Assembly (NCBI GenBank): GCA_028712355.1
Contig: JAQTQH010000003.1
Location: forward strand, 2,117-66,116
Reading direction: 5' to 3'
Source of the DNA: Dehalococcoidales bacterium
GTDB taxonomy: Bacteria; Chloroflexota; Dehalococcoidia; Dehalococcoidales; RBG-16-60-22
Length of the DNA stretch: 64,000 nucleotides
Shown here: in pieces, positions 45,868 through 54,138 of the stretch
How positions within the stretch are numbered: the first letter of the stretch is position 1
Layout of the letters: each line of letters starts with the position of its first letter
Translations under genes and position numbers: made by a program
The notes under the pieces: generated by a model
Databases searched by the model: none
Told to the model about the DNA's origin: nothing
Seen by the model: only the letters and a program-made list of their open reading frames with translations

Positions 45868-46668
45868 TTACTTGCCCAGTTCTCGGGCGCGATTATAAGC
45901 CGCTTTAACGGCTTTGTTGACCAGTTCCGCGAGCTTGCCTTCCTCCAATCTCTGGATGGCGGCGGCGGTGGTGCCTCCGGGCGAAGTGACCATGCGGCGC
46001 AGTTCAGCGGGGGTCTTTTCCGATTGCTGCAGCAGCCTGGTGGCGCCGGACATCGTCTGCAGGACGAGATGCTGCGATACCTCCGGTGTGAAACCGAGCT
46101 TAGTGGCAGCCGCGGAGAGCGCTTCCACGAAATAGAAGAAGTAGGCAGGGCCGCTGCCGCTGACCGCCGTAGCCATGTCCAGATGCGTCTCATCGCAGGT
46201 GTAGATTTCATGTCCCATCGCGGCAAGGATGCTCTGTGCCTGCTTTTTATGGCGCTCCATAACCTGCGGGGTCGCCGTCCAGACAGTGATACCTTCGCCA
46301 ATCCGGGCGGGGGTGTTGGGCATGGCGCGGATGATGCGCCGGTGCCGTAGCCCGCTGCGCAGGGTCTTGATTTTGGCGCCGGCGATAATGGAGAGCAGGA
46401 GCTGCTTTGGTTTGAGCGTGCTTTTTAATTCCGCCATCGCATCTGCCAGCGTCTGCGGTTTGACGGCAAGGATAATAATATCGGCTCCGGAAGCGGCAGT
46501 ACGATTCTCTCCGGTGACCGATACGCCGTATTTTTGCGCCAGATACTGGCGGCGGGCATCGCTGATATCGCTAACAATTATACCCTGCGGGGTACTCAGC
46601 CTTTTCCTGAGGACGGCGGCGAGCATCGCCTCCCCCATATTCCCCCCACCGATTAATGTAATTTTCAT
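45868..46668 (-). CDS. proC: pyrroline-5-carboxylate reductase
   Basis: ITLIGGGNMGEAM Rossmann motif. C-terminal PGGTTAAAI motif. Confidence 0.95.
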   Translation of the reverse strand: MKITLIGGGNMGEAMLAAVLRKRLSTPQGIIVSDISDARRQYLAQKYGVSVTGENRTAASGADIIILAVKPQTLADAMAELKSTLKPKQLLLSIIAGAKIKTLRSGLRHRRIIRAMPNTPARIGEGITVWTATPQVMERHKKQAQSILAAMGHEIYTCDETHLDMATAVSGSGPAYFFYFVEALSAAATKLGFTPEVSQHLVLQTMSGATRLLQQSEKTPAELRRMVTSPGGTTAAAIQRLEEGKLAELVNKAVKAAYNRARELGK

Positions 46669-46679
46669 AGTGTTTTTGT

Positions 46680-46845
46680 GTCATTGCGAGACCATCCCGA
46701 CCAAAGTCGAGAAGCGAAGCAATCTTTTTCGCTTGTCATTCCCGCGTAGGCGGGAATCCAGCGTGATACTCTGGATTCTCGGGTCAAGCCCGAGAATGAC
46801 ACAAGCATAAGAGATTGCTTCGTCGCTAATGCTCCTCGCAATGAT
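46680..46845. repeat. nested palindromic repeats: type B element (46735..46800) inside a type A element
   Basis: Outer: GTCATTGCGAG...GAAGCGAAGCAATCT // AGATTGCTTCGTCGC...CTCGCAATGAT. Inner: GTCATTCCCGCGTAGGCGGGAATCCAG...CTGGATTCTCGGGTCAAGCCCGAGAATGAC. Confidence 0.7.
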
Positions 46846-46850
46846 GTAAC

Positions 46851-49304
46851 CTACTTCACCACGTAGTTCAGCAGCTTTCCCGGTACGTAAATTACCTTGA
46901 TGGTCTGCTTGCCTTCCAGATGGGTTTTGACCCGCTCGCTGCTCTCGGCAGCCTGGTGTGCCTCAGCCTCGGTAATCGCGGGGGATACTTCGATGCGGTC
47001 GCGTACCTTGCCGTTGACCTGTACCACGAGCGTAACTTTTTCATCTTTGACCAGCGCCTTGTCCCATGCGGGCCAGCGCTGGTTGTGGATGCTGTAAGCG
47101 TTCCCGGTACGCTGCCATAGCTCCTCGGTCAAATGCGGTGCGGAGGGTGCCAGCAGCAGCAGGATAGTTCGTACTGACTCCTGCCATTGTTCAGGATTGA
47201 CCGCACCGGTTTCCTTTACTTTGGTCAGATAATTGGAATATTCCATCAACGCCGCCAGCATGGTGTTGAAGCGCAGGTGCTCCATGTCCTCGGAGACCTT
47301 CTTGATGGTCTGGTGGGTGATGCGGGCGAGCTCGCGTCCGCCGTTCGCGGCGTCGGCGTCTCCAGCTTTGCTTTGATACTCCTCCAGCGCCAGGTTCCAG
47401 ATACGGTTAAGCCAGCGGCTCATACCGCTGATACCGCTGTCGTTCCACTCGCCGCCCTGTTCCCAGGGGCCGACGAACATCAGGTAGGCGCGCACGGTAT
47501 CTGCGCCCAGCTCGGAGACGTATTTATCCGGCGTGACGACGTTGCCGCGGGACTTGCTCATCTTCTGCTTGTTGGCGATGATGGTGCCCTGGTTAAACAG
47601 CTCGGTAAACGGCTCGTCGAAGTCCAGCATCCCCAAATCACGCAGCACTTTAGTGAAGAAACGGGCGTAGAACAGGTGCATCACGGCATGTTCCGCGCCG
47701 CCGGTGTAGATATCGACGGGCATCCAGTATTTCATCTTCGCCGGGTCGAAAGGCCCCGGTTTATAGCCGGGGCTGGTATAGCGGTAGTAGTACCACGAGG
47801 AGCACATGAAAGTATCCAGCGTATCGGTCTCGCGTTTGGCGGGTCCGCCGCACTTCGGGCATTTCGTGTTGACGAATTTTTCGTTATATTTCAGCGGCGA
47901 TTCGCCGGTGGGCTTGAATTCGGCGTCTTCCGGCAGCAGCAACGGCAGGTCTTTTTCCGGCACCGGCACGATGCCGCACTTATCGCAGTAGATGACTGGA
48001 ATCGGCGCCCCCCAGTAGCGCTGGCGGGAGATGAGCCAGTCGCGCAGCTTGTAGCTGGTGGTGCGCTTGCCCCACCCCTGCTTTTCCAGGTACTCGGAGA
48101 CCGCGGTAATTCCCGGCTCACTGGGCAGGCCGTTGAACTGCCCGGAATTGACCATCTTACCCGGCTCGATGTAAGCCTGCTCCAGTTCGCCGCCGTTCCA
48201 ATCGGGCGGGGCGATGACGACCCGGATGGGTATGTTATATTTTTTGGCGAAGGCGAAGTCGCGCTCGTCATGGGCGGGCACTGCCATTACCGCGCCGGTG
48301 CCGTAGCTGAGCAGCACGTAATCGCCAATCCAGATAGGCACCTTTTCCCCGTTGACGCGGTTGATGCAGTACGCCCCGATGAAGACGCCGTCCTTTTCCC
48401 TTTCCGTGGAAAGGCGCTCGATTTCCGTCTGGCGGCGTGACTTGGCGATATAGGCTTCCACCTCGGCTTTTTTGTCGGGAGTGGTCAGCTTCGCCACCAG
48501 CGGGTGCTCCGGCGCCAGCGCCATGAAGGTTACGCCGTAGACGGTATCGGGCCGGGTGGTGAAGATGCGGATTTCTTTTTCCGGCACGCCGGGGTAGTCC
48601 AGCTCGAAGGCAATCTCGGTGCCCTGGCTCTTGCCTACCCAGTTGTGCTGCATGATTTTAATTTTTTCGGGCCAGTCGATGCCGAGGTGGTCTTTCAGTT
48701 CGTCGGCATATTTAGTAATTCGGAAGAACCACTGCTCGAGGTCGCGCCGGGTAACCGGCGTGCTGCAGCGCTCGCAGACGCCCTCATCGACGACCTGCTC
48801 GTTCGCCAGCACGGTCTGGCACTGGGGACACCAGTTGACCGGCGCCTTGCGGCGGTAAGCCAGCCCCGCCTCGTGCAGCTTGAGGAAGAACCACTGCGTC
48901 CATTTGTAATATTCCGGCAGACAGGTGATGACCTCGCGGCTCCAATCATAAATCGCGCCGATGCTCTTGAGTTGCTTGCGCATGTTCTCGATGTTGCGCA
49001 TCGTCCAGGTGTAGGGGTGGATGCCGCGCTTGATGGCGGCGTTTTCCGCGGGAAGCCCGAAGGAATCAAACCCCTGCGGGTGCAGCACGTTATAGCCCTG
49101 CAGCCGCTTAAAGCGGGCATAGACATCGGCGGGCGCCATGGCATACCAGTGCCCGATGTGCAAATCACCGGAGGTGTAGGGGAACATGGTGAGGGCATAC
49201 CACTTGGGTTTCGCGGGGTCTTCGGTCACTTCGTAAAGTTTATCGGCTTCCCATTTCTGCTGCCATTTCGGCTCGATTTCCTGCGGGTTGTATTTGTCCA
49301 TCAT
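46851..49304 (-). CDS. leuS: leucine--tRNA ligase
   Basis: HIGH-type LHIGHWY and KMSKS motifs. Start set at the ATG at 49304, 8 nt after AGGAG; the ORF track starts at GTG 49313. Confidence 0.97.
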   Translation of the reverse strand: MMDKYNPQEIEPKWQQKWEADKLYEVTEDPAKPKWYALTMFPYTSGDLHIGHWYAMAPADVYARFKRLQGYNVLHPQGFDSFGLPAENAAIKRGIHPYTWTMRNIENMRKQLKSIGAIYDWSREVITCLPEYYKWTQWFFLKLHEAGLAYRRKAPVNWCPQCQTVLANEQVVDEGVCERCSTPVTRRDLEQWFFRITKYADELKDHLGIDWPEKIKIMQHNWVGKSQGTEIAFELDYPGVPEKEIRIFTTRPDTVYGVTFMALAPEHPLVAKLTTPDKKAEVEAYIAKSRRQTEIERLSTEREKDGVFIGAYCINRVNGEKVPIWIGDYVLLSYGTGAVMAVPAHDERDFAFAKKYNIPIRVVIAPPDWNGGELEQAYIEPGKMVNSGQFNGLPSEPGITAVSEYLEKQGWGKRTTSYKLRDWLISRQRYWGAPIPVIYCDKCGIVPVPEKDLPLLLPEDAEFKPTGESPLKYNEKFVNTKCPKCGGPAKRETDTLDTFMCSSWYYYRYTSPGYKPGPFDPAKMKYWMPVDIYTGGAEHAVMHLFYARFFTKVLRDLGMLDFDEPFTELFNQGTIIANKQKMSKSRGNVVTPDKYVSELGADTVRAYLMFVGPWEQGGEWNDSGISGMSRWLNRIWNLALEEYQSKAGDADAANGGRELARITHQTIKKVSEDMEHLRFNTMLAALMEYSNYLTKVKETGAVNPEQWQESVRTILLLLAPSAPHLTEELWQRTGNAYSIHNQRWPAWDKALVKDEKVTLVVQVNGKVRDRIEVSPAITEAEAHQAAESSERVKTHLEGKQTIKVIYVPGKLLNYVVK

Positions 49305-49387
49305 GCCGGTCACTCCTGAAAAAAGCCCTGTAGCGATGGGGGCTTGTACGATACACAGCTAATTGTTACGTAGTTCTTACGTGCACC

Positions 49388-49416
49388 ATTGTAGCAACTA
49401 AATACAGGGCGTGCAA
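49388..49416 (-). promoter_or_regulatory. sigma70-like promoter for leuS
   Basis: Minus strand: TTGCAC, 17 nt spacer, TACAAT. Confidence 0.45.
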
Positions 49417-49430
49417 CTGGCGTGACGATG

Positions 49431-49460
49431 TTAAAAAAGGAAAAGGGAGCTTGCGCTCCC
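49431..49460 (-). terminator. rho-independent terminator after dhaL
   Basis: Minus strand: GGGAGC-GCAA-GCTCCC followed by TTTTCCTTTTTT. Confidence 0.7.
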
Positions 49461-49487
49461 TCCTGGTTTGTGGCAACAAATCTCAGA

Positions 49488-50144
49488 CTAAGCCGGTGGA
49501 TTAAGATGGCGGACGAAGGACTCAATCAGGTAGTACATGGCAGTCGCTCCGCCGTCCTGCACGCCGATGCTCTTGTCCTGGAACCACTTTGCCCGGCCGA
49601 ACTTGGCTTTCATGTCAGCGGTAGCTTTCATGCCCGCCTCGGCGGCTTTGACGGTAGCGCTCAGCGCGGCTTTCGCATCGCCTGACGCGCTCTCCTTCTT
49701 GAAAGCTTCGACGGCAGGAACGAGGGTATCAACCACGGTCTTGTCGCCTACTTCCGCCTTGCCGCGCTTCTTGATGCTTTCGATAGCGCCGTCGCCGAGT
49801 GCCGCCAGGTCTATGATTTCGATCTGCTTTTTACCGAAGGCGGCTTTGCCGGCGCCCATAAAGGCATTGGCGAGGACGGTGCCGAATGTGGACGGGCTGA
49901 TCTTGTTGATGTTCAAGCCGCAGTTCATCAGCAACTTGCCGATATCGTCTTCCTGCTGGGTCGTCAGGTATTCCAGCATCGCTTTGCTGGTAAGCTCGAT
50001 GGTGACGCCCAAATCGCCGTCGCCGAGGATGGAATCGAGCTGGCGCAGCTCTTCGGCACGCCCTTTGAAATCAGTTGCGGCTTGTTTGAGAATAGCAGCA
50101 AACCGGGCAACATCGAGGGTGTCTGCGCTCATGCTTTCCTCCAC
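49488..50144 (-). CDS. dhaL: dihydroxyacetone kinase, ADP-binding subunit
   Basis: LDSILGDGDLGVT motif; all-helical Dak2 domain. Confidence 0.9.
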   Translation of the reverse strand: MEESMSADTLDVARFAAILKQAATDFKGRAEELRQLDSILGDGDLGVTIELTSKAMLEYLTTQQEDDIGKLLMNCGLNINKISPSTFGTVLANAFMGAGKAAFGKKQIEIIDLAALGDGAIESIKKRGKAEVGDKTVVDTLVPAVEAFKKESASGDAKAALSATVKAAEAGMKATADMKAKFGRAKWFQDKSIGVQDGGATAMYYLIESFVRHLNPPA

Positions 50145-51139
50145 TGGAGCAGGAAGGGGGAGAAGGCAGGGGCATCAAGCAGCTTCTTGAACTCGTCGTT
50201 GAGGCGCAGCAAAGTAATAGAAGCGCCCGCCATTTCCATGGAAGTGGCGTATTCACCGATGAAGGCGCGGTAGACCTTGATGCGGTAGCCTTTAAGAATG
50301 TCATAGGCTTTGTTATAGAGGATGTACAACTCTTCAGGGGGGGTCGCGCCCAGCCCGTTGACCAGCACAGCAACTTCATCATTGGCTTTAAATGGCAGGT
50401 CTTTGACAATTTTTTCGGTCATAATGGTTGCCACTTCATCTGCGGTCTTCAGCTTGGTGCGCTCGATACCCGGCTCGCCGTGGATGCCCATGCCGATTTC
50501 CATTTCATCTTCGGCGATGGTGAAGGTGGGCTTCCCCGCCGCGGGGATGGTGCAGGGGGTGAGCGCCACGCCCAGGGTGCAGGTGTTATCAATAACGGCA
50601 TCGGTGGTCTTTTTGACCTCTTCCAGGCTGGCGCCGGTATCGGCTTTGGCGCCGGCGATTTTATAGGCGAAGAAGATACCAGCCACGCCGCGCCGCTTGT
50701 CTTTTTCAGAGCGGGGCGCGGAAGCGACGTCGTCTTTGGCGATGCACATCTGGACGGGGATTTTCTCCATTTCCGCCATTTCCGCCGCCATTTCAAAGTT
50801 CATAGTATCACCTTGGTAGTTGCCGAAGAGGTAGAGCACGCCTTTGCCGCCATTGACTTCCTTGGTCGCGGCGAGCATGTCCGCGGCACCCGGCGAGGAG
50901 AAAACGTTGCCCACCGAAACACCGTCCAGTAAACCGGGACCGACATAGCCCAGGAAAACCGGGATGTGTCCGGAGCCGCCGCCGGTGCAGATAGCCACTT
51001 TCCCTTTAATAGGAGCATCCGCCCGGACCAGGGCGCGCGGGCTTTCCTTACTGGCGCGTAGGTGGTTGGGATAAGCTTTGAGGATACCGGACAGGGTCTC
51101 ATCGACAACTTGGAACGGGTCATTAATCAATTTTTTCAT
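50129..51139 (-). CDS. dhaK: dihydroxyacetone kinase, DHA-binding subunit
   Basis: Dak1 motifs: KKLINDP, GGGSGHIP, GIHGEPG. Confidence 0.9.
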   Translation of the reverse strand: MKKLINDPFQVVDETLSGILKAYPNHLRASKESPRALVRADAPIKGKVAICTGGGSGHIPVFLGYVGPGLLDGVSVGNVFSSPGAADMLAATKEVNGGKGVLYLFGNYQGDTMNFEMAAEMAEMEKIPVQMCIAKDDVASAPRSEKDKRRGVAGIFFAYKIAGAKADTGASLEEVKKTTDAVIDNTCTLGVALTPCTIPAAGKPTFTIAEDEMEIGMGIHGEPGIERTKLKTADEVATIMTEKIVKDLPFKANDEVAVLVNGLGATPPEELYILYNKAYDILKGYRIKVYRAFIGEYATSMEMAGASITLLRLNDEFKKLLDAPAFSPFLLQWRKA

Positions 51140-51290
51140 GCTGCTGGTTCCTCCCGATTAGCTATTCATCTTTTGACTTGTAGAAATGCCTGCGGTGGCT
51201 TTTCCAGAAACCCATTCTAGCAGGGTGGTGAGAAGTAAGTCAATGTTGGGGCACTGTCCTATCGACTTATTCTTTAAGGAGTAATATAAA

Positions 51291-51506
51291 ATGTCAGGGC
51301 AATCAATGCGAATAAGCGGACTCTTTCCGCCGGTTTTGGGGGCGCTGCGCGAGCGCAGCAGCTATCGTGATAACTGTGCCGTCTGCTATTACTGGTCGGT
51401 CTGTCGCGGCTGCCGGGCAATTGCCCTGGCATATGCGCGGGGCAACGGTAAAGAGAACTATCTCGGTGCCGACCCGCAATGCCCGTATTTCAGAGAAGCT
51501 ATTTGA
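51291..51506 (+). CDS. 71-aa stand-alone SPASM-like Cys-rich peptide (possible gene remnant)
   Basis: CAVCYYWSVCRGC...DPQCPYF equals the C-terminal half of a SPASM/twitch domain. AAGGAG lies 9 nt upstream. No radical-SAM core upstream. Confidence 0.35.
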   Translation: MSGQSMRISGLFPPVLGALRERSSYRDNCAVCYYWSVCRGCRAIALAYARGNGKENYLGADPQCPYFREAI

Positions 51507-52569
51507 GCGGTATTCCTGATTCTATCTTGCCGTCAGGCCAGGCGCGGGAACCCGGCGGCAGGTCTTTCCTGATGGTGATGTTATCGCCGACCACGCAGCC
51601 TTGCAGCCGGCTTCCTGCAATCCTGCTGCCTGCGCCGATAATGCTCCGGCGAATGAACGACTTGTCGTCGATGGTCACGCTGTCCCACAGCACCGAGCCT
51701 TCGATAACGGTATCCTTACTCACTTTACACCCGGCGCCCAGCACCGCTGGCCCGGTGATGCGCGCCCCGGGGGCGATTTGACAACCTGCACCGATGAGGA
51801 CTGTGCCGGTCAGCCGTGCCGCCGGATGGATTTCCGTCTTTCCTTCGGTAATAATAGCCGTACCCCGCTCGCGGAGTAAATCGTCATGCGCCTGCAAATA
51901 CTTTTGCGGCGTGCCGATGTCAATCCAGTAAGCCTGTGAAGGATAAGCCAGCACCGGCGCGCCATTTGCGAGGAGCGGCGGGAAGACATCACGCTCGAAC
52001 ATGAAGCGGGTCGCCGTCGGTATCATTTCCAGTACGTCCGGCTCCATGATATAGATGCCGGCGTTTATCATGTTGGTCGTCACCTTTTCCGGCGGCGGCT
52101 TTTCCACGAAACGCTGCACCATGCCGCTGTCATCGGTTTCCACCACTCCGAATGCGGTGGGATTATCGACCGGCGTGAGGGCGATGCTTAATTTGGGCTT
52201 GGCCTCGCGGTGCCGCTTTATCATGGCGGTCAGGTCGATTTGGGTCAGCACGTCGCCGTTCAGGACGAGGAAAGTATCGTCGAGGCGGGCAGCGGCGAGT
52301 TTGACCGCGCCTGCGGTGCCCAGCGGCGAATCCTCCACCGAGTAGGTGAGACGGACGCCCAATCGTGCACCGTCCCCCATGCATCGCTGAATCGCCGCCG
52401 GCTGGTAGCCCATCGCCAGGACGACGTCCGTGATGCCGTGCTGTTGCAGGTAGCGCAGCAGGTGCTCCAGAAAGGGACGGTTCAGCACCGGGACGATTGC
52501 CTTGGGGAGGTTGCAGGTAAGCGGTCTGAGCCGTGTGCCTTCCCCGCCAACCAGAATGACTGCTTTCAT
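51499..52569 (-). CDS. NDP-sugar pyrophosphorylase (nucleotidyltransferase plus left-handed beta-helix)
   Basis: ORF trimmed to the ATG at 52569 (MKAVILVGGEGTRLRPLT). C-terminal hexapeptide repeats. Confidence 0.9.
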   Translation of the reverse strand: MKAVILVGGEGTRLRPLTCNLPKAIVPVLNRPFLEHLLRYLQQHGITDVVLAMGYQPAAIQRCMGDGARLGVRLTYSVEDSPLGTAGAVKLAAARLDDTFLVLNGDVLTQIDLTAMIKRHREAKPKLSIALTPVDNPTAFGVVETDDSGMVQRFVEKPPPEKVTTNMINAGIYIMEPDVLEMIPTATRFMFERDVFPPLLANGAPVLAYPSQAYWIDIGTPQKYLQAHDDLLRERGTAIITEGKTEIHPAARLTGTVLIGAGCQIAPGARITGPAVLGAGCKVSKDTVIEGSVLWDSVTIDDKSFIRRSIIGAGSRIAGSRLQGCVVGDNITIRKDLPPGSRAWPDGKIESGIPLK

Positions 52570-52635
52570 AGCTGTCTCTTTTGTCCATAGTGTAGCATTA
52601 TGATATGTTAATTCCAAATATTCATTAAGATAGCT

Positions 52636-52703
52636 GTCATTCCCATTAAGGCGAAAATTCACAGGTAAGAATACTGGATTCTCAGGTAAATCCTGAGAAT
52701 GAG
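52636..52703. repeat. degenerate type B palindromic repeat
   Basis: GTCATTCCCATTAAGGCGAAAATTCACAG...CTGGATTCTCAGGTAAATCCTGAGAATGAG. Confidence 0.45.
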
Positions 52704-52718
52704 ATATGATAGCATAAA

Positions 52719-52738
52719 CTTGATAAATAATTATTAAG
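52719..52738. promoter_or_regulatory. imperfect inverted repeat CTTGATA-N6-TATTAAG upstream of dnaJ (HAIR-like?)
   Basis: One mismatch in a 7-bp inverted repeat, lying just upstream of the -35 element. Confidence 0.3.
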
Positions 52739-52753
52739 TTATTTGATAGGGTA

Positions 52754-52783
52754 TTGACAAATTATTTGAAAGCGTTTTAGAAT
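52754..52783 (+). promoter_or_regulatory. sigma70-like promoter of dnaJ-hspR-clpB
   Basis: TTGACA, 18 nt spacer, TAGAAT, lying 27 nt before the ATG. Confidence 0.5.
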
Positions 52784-52809
52784 TAAAATGGAATTGTGGA
52801 GATACAGCT

Positions 52810-53799
52810 ATGTCTAAAGACTATTACAATACCCTCGGTGTCAAACGGGATGCCAGCGCGGCGGAGATTAAGCAGGCATACCGCCGGCTGGCGCGCAAGT
52901 ATCACCCGGACGTTAATCCTAATGATAAATCGGCGGAAGCAAGGTTCAAGGAGATTAACGAAGCCTACGAAGTGCTTTCCGACGCCGGGAAGCGTAAGAA
53001 ATATGACCAGTTCGGCGACAAGTGGCAGTACGCCGACCAGTTCGCACAGGCGGGACAATCGGGCAGGCAATGGGACTTTGCCGATTTCAGCGATGGCGGC
53101 GGTGCCAGTTTCCAGTCCGGTGATATGGGCAGCCTCTTTGAGGAATTGCTGCGCGGCACGGGAGCCGGTGGTTTTGGAAGGCGTACCCGCACCGCGCCGC
53201 AGCGCGGACAGGATATTGAATCGCCGGTTGAGGTGACGCTGGAGGAGGCTTTTACCGGTACCCGGCGGATGATGAGCCTGCAATCCCAGGAACCGTGCGC
53301 CACCTGCGGCGGCACCGGGCGTATTCAGAATGTAGCCTGCTCGGTGTGCCGGGGCGCGGGGGCGGCAGCATCTCTGAAGCGGCTGGAAGTGACCATTCCT
53401 GCCGGCGTGGATAACGGCTCCCGGGTGCGTATCGCCGGGAAGGGGCAACCCGGTTACCGCAGCGGTCCCGCCGGTGACCTCTACCTGGTTATCTCCGTCC
53501 TGCCGCACGCGCAGTTTGAACGCAAGGGTGATGAGCTGCATGTAGAGGTGCCGGTCCCGTTGACGTTAGCAGTACTGGGCGGCGAAGTCCAGGTGCCCAC
53601 GCCCAGGGGCAAACTATCACTTAAAATCCCGCCGGAGACCCAGAACGGACGGGTCTTCCGTCTTTCGGGACAGGGCATGCCCCATTTAAGTGATTCCGCC
53701 CGCGGCGATATGTTCGCCACGGTGAATGTAGTATTACCCACCAGACTATCTGATGAAGAAAAGGAGATTTTCCGCAGGCTTAAAGAGCTACGCCATTAG
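52810..53799 (+). CDS. dnaJ: DnaJ-class co-chaperone with reduced zinc-finger region
   Basis: J-domain DYYNTLGV...KYHPDVNP. Gly/Phe-rich region. Only two CxxCxGxG motifs ([16 protein letters not shown]). C-terminal substrate-binding domains. Confidence 0.9.
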   Translation: MSKDYYNTLGVKRDASAAEIKQAYRRLARKYHPDVNPNDKSAEARFKEINEAYEVLSDAGKRKKYDQFGDKWQYADQFAQAGQSGRQWDFADFSDGGGASFQSGDMGSLFEELLRGTGAGGFGRRTRTAPQRGQDIESPVEVTLEEAFTGTRRMMSLQSQEPCATCGGTGRIQNVACSVCRGAGAAASLKRLEVTIPAGVDNGSRVRIAGKGQPGYRSGPAGDLYLVISVLPHAQFERKGDELHVEVPVPLTLAVLGGEVQVPTPRGKLSLKIPPETQNGRVFRLSGQGMPHLSDSARGDMFATVNVVLPTRLSDEEKEIFRRLKELRH

Positions 53800-53814
53800 C
53801 AGAGAGGTGATGGC

Positions 53815-54138
53815 ATGGAGAGAAACAGGAGAGAGACTGAGCCGTGTTACGTTATCAGCGTCGCGGCACGGATGCTCAATATGCAGACGCATACGTTGCG
53901 CTACTATGAGAAGATTGGCATAATAGAGCCGCACCGCTCGCGGGGCAATATCCGCCTGTATTCCGAAAGAGACATCGCCATGGTGCGCCGGGTGAAATCA
54001 TTTACCGAAGACATGGGGGTGAACCTGGCGGGTGTGGAGGTTATCCTGCGGATGCTCGGGAATATCAGCCAGCTTCAGGGAGAGCTGGAGCAGATGCGGG
54101 AAGAGTTGAAGAAACTAAAAGAGGAGACCGGTCAATGA
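53815..54138 (+). CDS. hspR: MerR-family heat-shock regulator (HspR-like)
   Basis: YVISVAARMLNMQTHTLRYYEKIGII HTH. C-terminal coiled coil. Position between dnaJ and clpB. Confidence 0.8.
   Translation: MERNRRETEPCYVISVAARMLNMQTHTLRYYEKIGIIEPHRSRGNIRLYSERDIAMVRRVKSFTEDMGVNLAGVEVILRMLGNISQLQGELEQMREELKKLKEETGQ

Noticed and set aside
49314-49487. T-box riboswitch upstream of leuS.
   Set aside because: The promoter-to-ATG distance is only ~70-80 nt. No specifier loop or T-box sequence is visible. See the weaker attenuator hypothesis in the findings.
51499-52662. Full-length 387-aa version of the NDP-sugar pyrophosphorylase ORF, and similar N-terminal extensions of 20631..21776, 24186..25832, 1905..2966 and 34517..34993.
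   Set aside because: The extensions run into repeats or neighbouring genes and lack homology-like sequence. Internal ATGs with SD-like sequences coincide with the canonical family N-termini.
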